Of a stretch of DNA of 64,000 nt, positions 62,364-64,000 are shown piece by piece (the stretch's first letter is position 1; each line of letters opens with the position of its first letter). A program made the position numbers and the translations under genes. The notes below the pieces were generated by a model. The model had not been told where the DNA came from, searched no databases, and saw nothing but the letters and a program-made list of their open reading frames with translations. The DNA is from the human T2T-CHM13v2.0 reference genome, Homo sapiens. The DNA lies in assembly GCF_009914755.1 (NCBI RefSeq), contig NC_060929.1; one strand, written 5' to 3'.

Positions 62364-62663
62364 CTTTTTTCTTTTTCTTTTTTTTTAATTGGGACAGGGT
62401 TTCATTCTGTAGCCCAGGCTAGGTACAGTGGTGCAGTTATAGCTCACTGCAGCCTTGTACTCCTGGGTTCAAGTGATCCTCCCAACTCAGCCTCCTGAGA
62501 TTACAGGCATGTACCACCATGCTTGGCTATTTCATTTAAACAAAGGTTTTTTAGAGATGGGGTATCACTCTATTGGTCTTGAACTCCTGACCTCAAGTGA
62601 TCCATCCTCCTGCCTTGGCCTTCCAGAGTCCTGATTTACAGGCATGAGCCACTTTACCCAGGT
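62364..62663 (-). mobile_element. Alu (degenerate AluJ-like), antisense
   Basis: Dimer with deletions; flanks share cctta(a/c)gtgcctttt. Confidence 0.88.
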
Positions 62664-62954
62664 CCTTACGTGCCTTTTGTTGTTGAGAAGTGCAAGAACA
62701 TTTTCTCTAGCTTTCTCAAGATTGCATCTACAAGCACAGGAGCTAGGATTTGAACACAGGTAGTCAGAGTCTGGAGTCTATGCTTTCTCCATTATCTCAA
62801 AGCCATACAAGAGAACAGGTAGATCACAGAGGCCATATAGTATAGTGGCTAGACTTTTTACCTTCAGATCCCAGTTTTCTTACCTTCTGATTGGTTAACT
62901 AATGTTTAGTGCCTCTGTTTCCACATTTATGAAGTACATTTAAAAGTTGTTTGT

Positions 62955-63253
62955 GGCTGGGCATAGTGGCTCACACCTGTAATCCCAACATTTTGGGAGG
63001 CCAAGATGAGACGTATAACTTGAGAACAGGAGTTTGAGACCAGCCTCTGTAACATAGGGAGGCCTCCATCTCTACAAAAAATTAAAAAAATAATTAGCCA
63101 GGTGTGGTGGCACATACCTGTAGTCCCAGCTACTTGGGAGGCTGAGGCAGGGGGATCACTTGATGCCAAAAGGTCGAGACTGTAGTAAGCAGTGATAATG
63201 CCACTGTACTCCAGCCTGGGTGACAGAGAAAGCACCTGTCTCAAAAACCAAAA
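62955..63253 (+). mobile_element. Alu (AluJ-like) inserted in a MIR (~62830-62945 and ~63255-63360)
   Basis: Alu dimer; MIR resumes with ggattgttgtgaggattcagtgaga...gtgcccagcacatg. Confidence 0.88.
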
Positions 63254-64000
63254 GTTTCTACCTACACGGTAGGATTGTTGTGAGGATTCAGTGAGATTTC
63301 ATGTTTAAATAGCCCAGTGCCCAGCACATGATAAAGAACTCAAAACATGTTAGCTGCTGTATTTTATATAAAACATAATTATTAGTAATTCATAGTAGAT
63401 AAACCAATAATTCTCCACACTTAAGATAGATATTTTAAAATTTAGAAACATTTTACTCAGTTGAAATAATTTAAAAGTATTCATATTAATTGGTGTAATA
63501 AGTTAGGACTTATTTTAGGACTACTGCCAAATGACTATGCAAAATAATTGGCATAGTTATTCTAGATAATTGAAATGTCTTGCTTGATGTAAACAGTAGA
63601 AAACAAGAGAGAAAAACCTCTGAGCAGTCTGCCTTTGGTTTTCCCTTATGTTAGCCCTTGAATTTTTAAATAAATTCTTTTAAAATAACGTTTGGGCTTT
63701 GGCTCAGTAGGAGGCTTACCTTTTAAATTATCAGTTTGCCTTTTGGGTAAAAATCTATGGATTTTCTATTATGGGGTGTTAGTAGATGAAACAACTCTTA
63801 CTGCTGGCCAGCTATCAAGAAAGGACATATATCTGGGATGTCATCAGATAATTTTATTTTGATCACATTGCTTGCACAAGAAGCAAGTCAGTCAGCTCTC
63901 TGATGGAGATCTGGTAAGGGGAGGAGAAGCAAATGAGAATGTCCTTCACCTTGGAAGTGTAGTTTCTGCTTTGACATCTAGCAGCTGTATGAACTTCTGT

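Overview
Primate (most likely human) genomic DNA covering about 27 kb upstream of ZSWIM6, its large CpG-island promoter, coding exon 1 (ATG 27417 to splice donor after 28077) and the first ~36 kb of intron 1. Exon 1 encodes the BC-box/Cul2-box region plus GGC/GCC-encoded poly-Gly and poly-Ala tracts, and seems 15 nt shorter than the reference allele as I remember it. Intron 1 holds a decayed, 5'-truncated, sense-strand processed pseudogene of the DEAD-box helicase DDX25, capped by an AluY. An NAGNAG acceptor just before it is in frame with exon 1. The rest is typical interspersed repeats (about 25 Alus, MIR, L2, old L1, MER33, MER6A with a V-SINE domain, MER58B, MLT1, MADE1), microsatellites, two local non-TE duplications and several candidate enhancers. 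All other ORFs in the track are repeat or GC artefacts. I cannot demonstrate a new biological system; the best leads are given as hypotheses. Repeat subfamilies and reference comparisons come from memory, and repeat boundaries are approximate.
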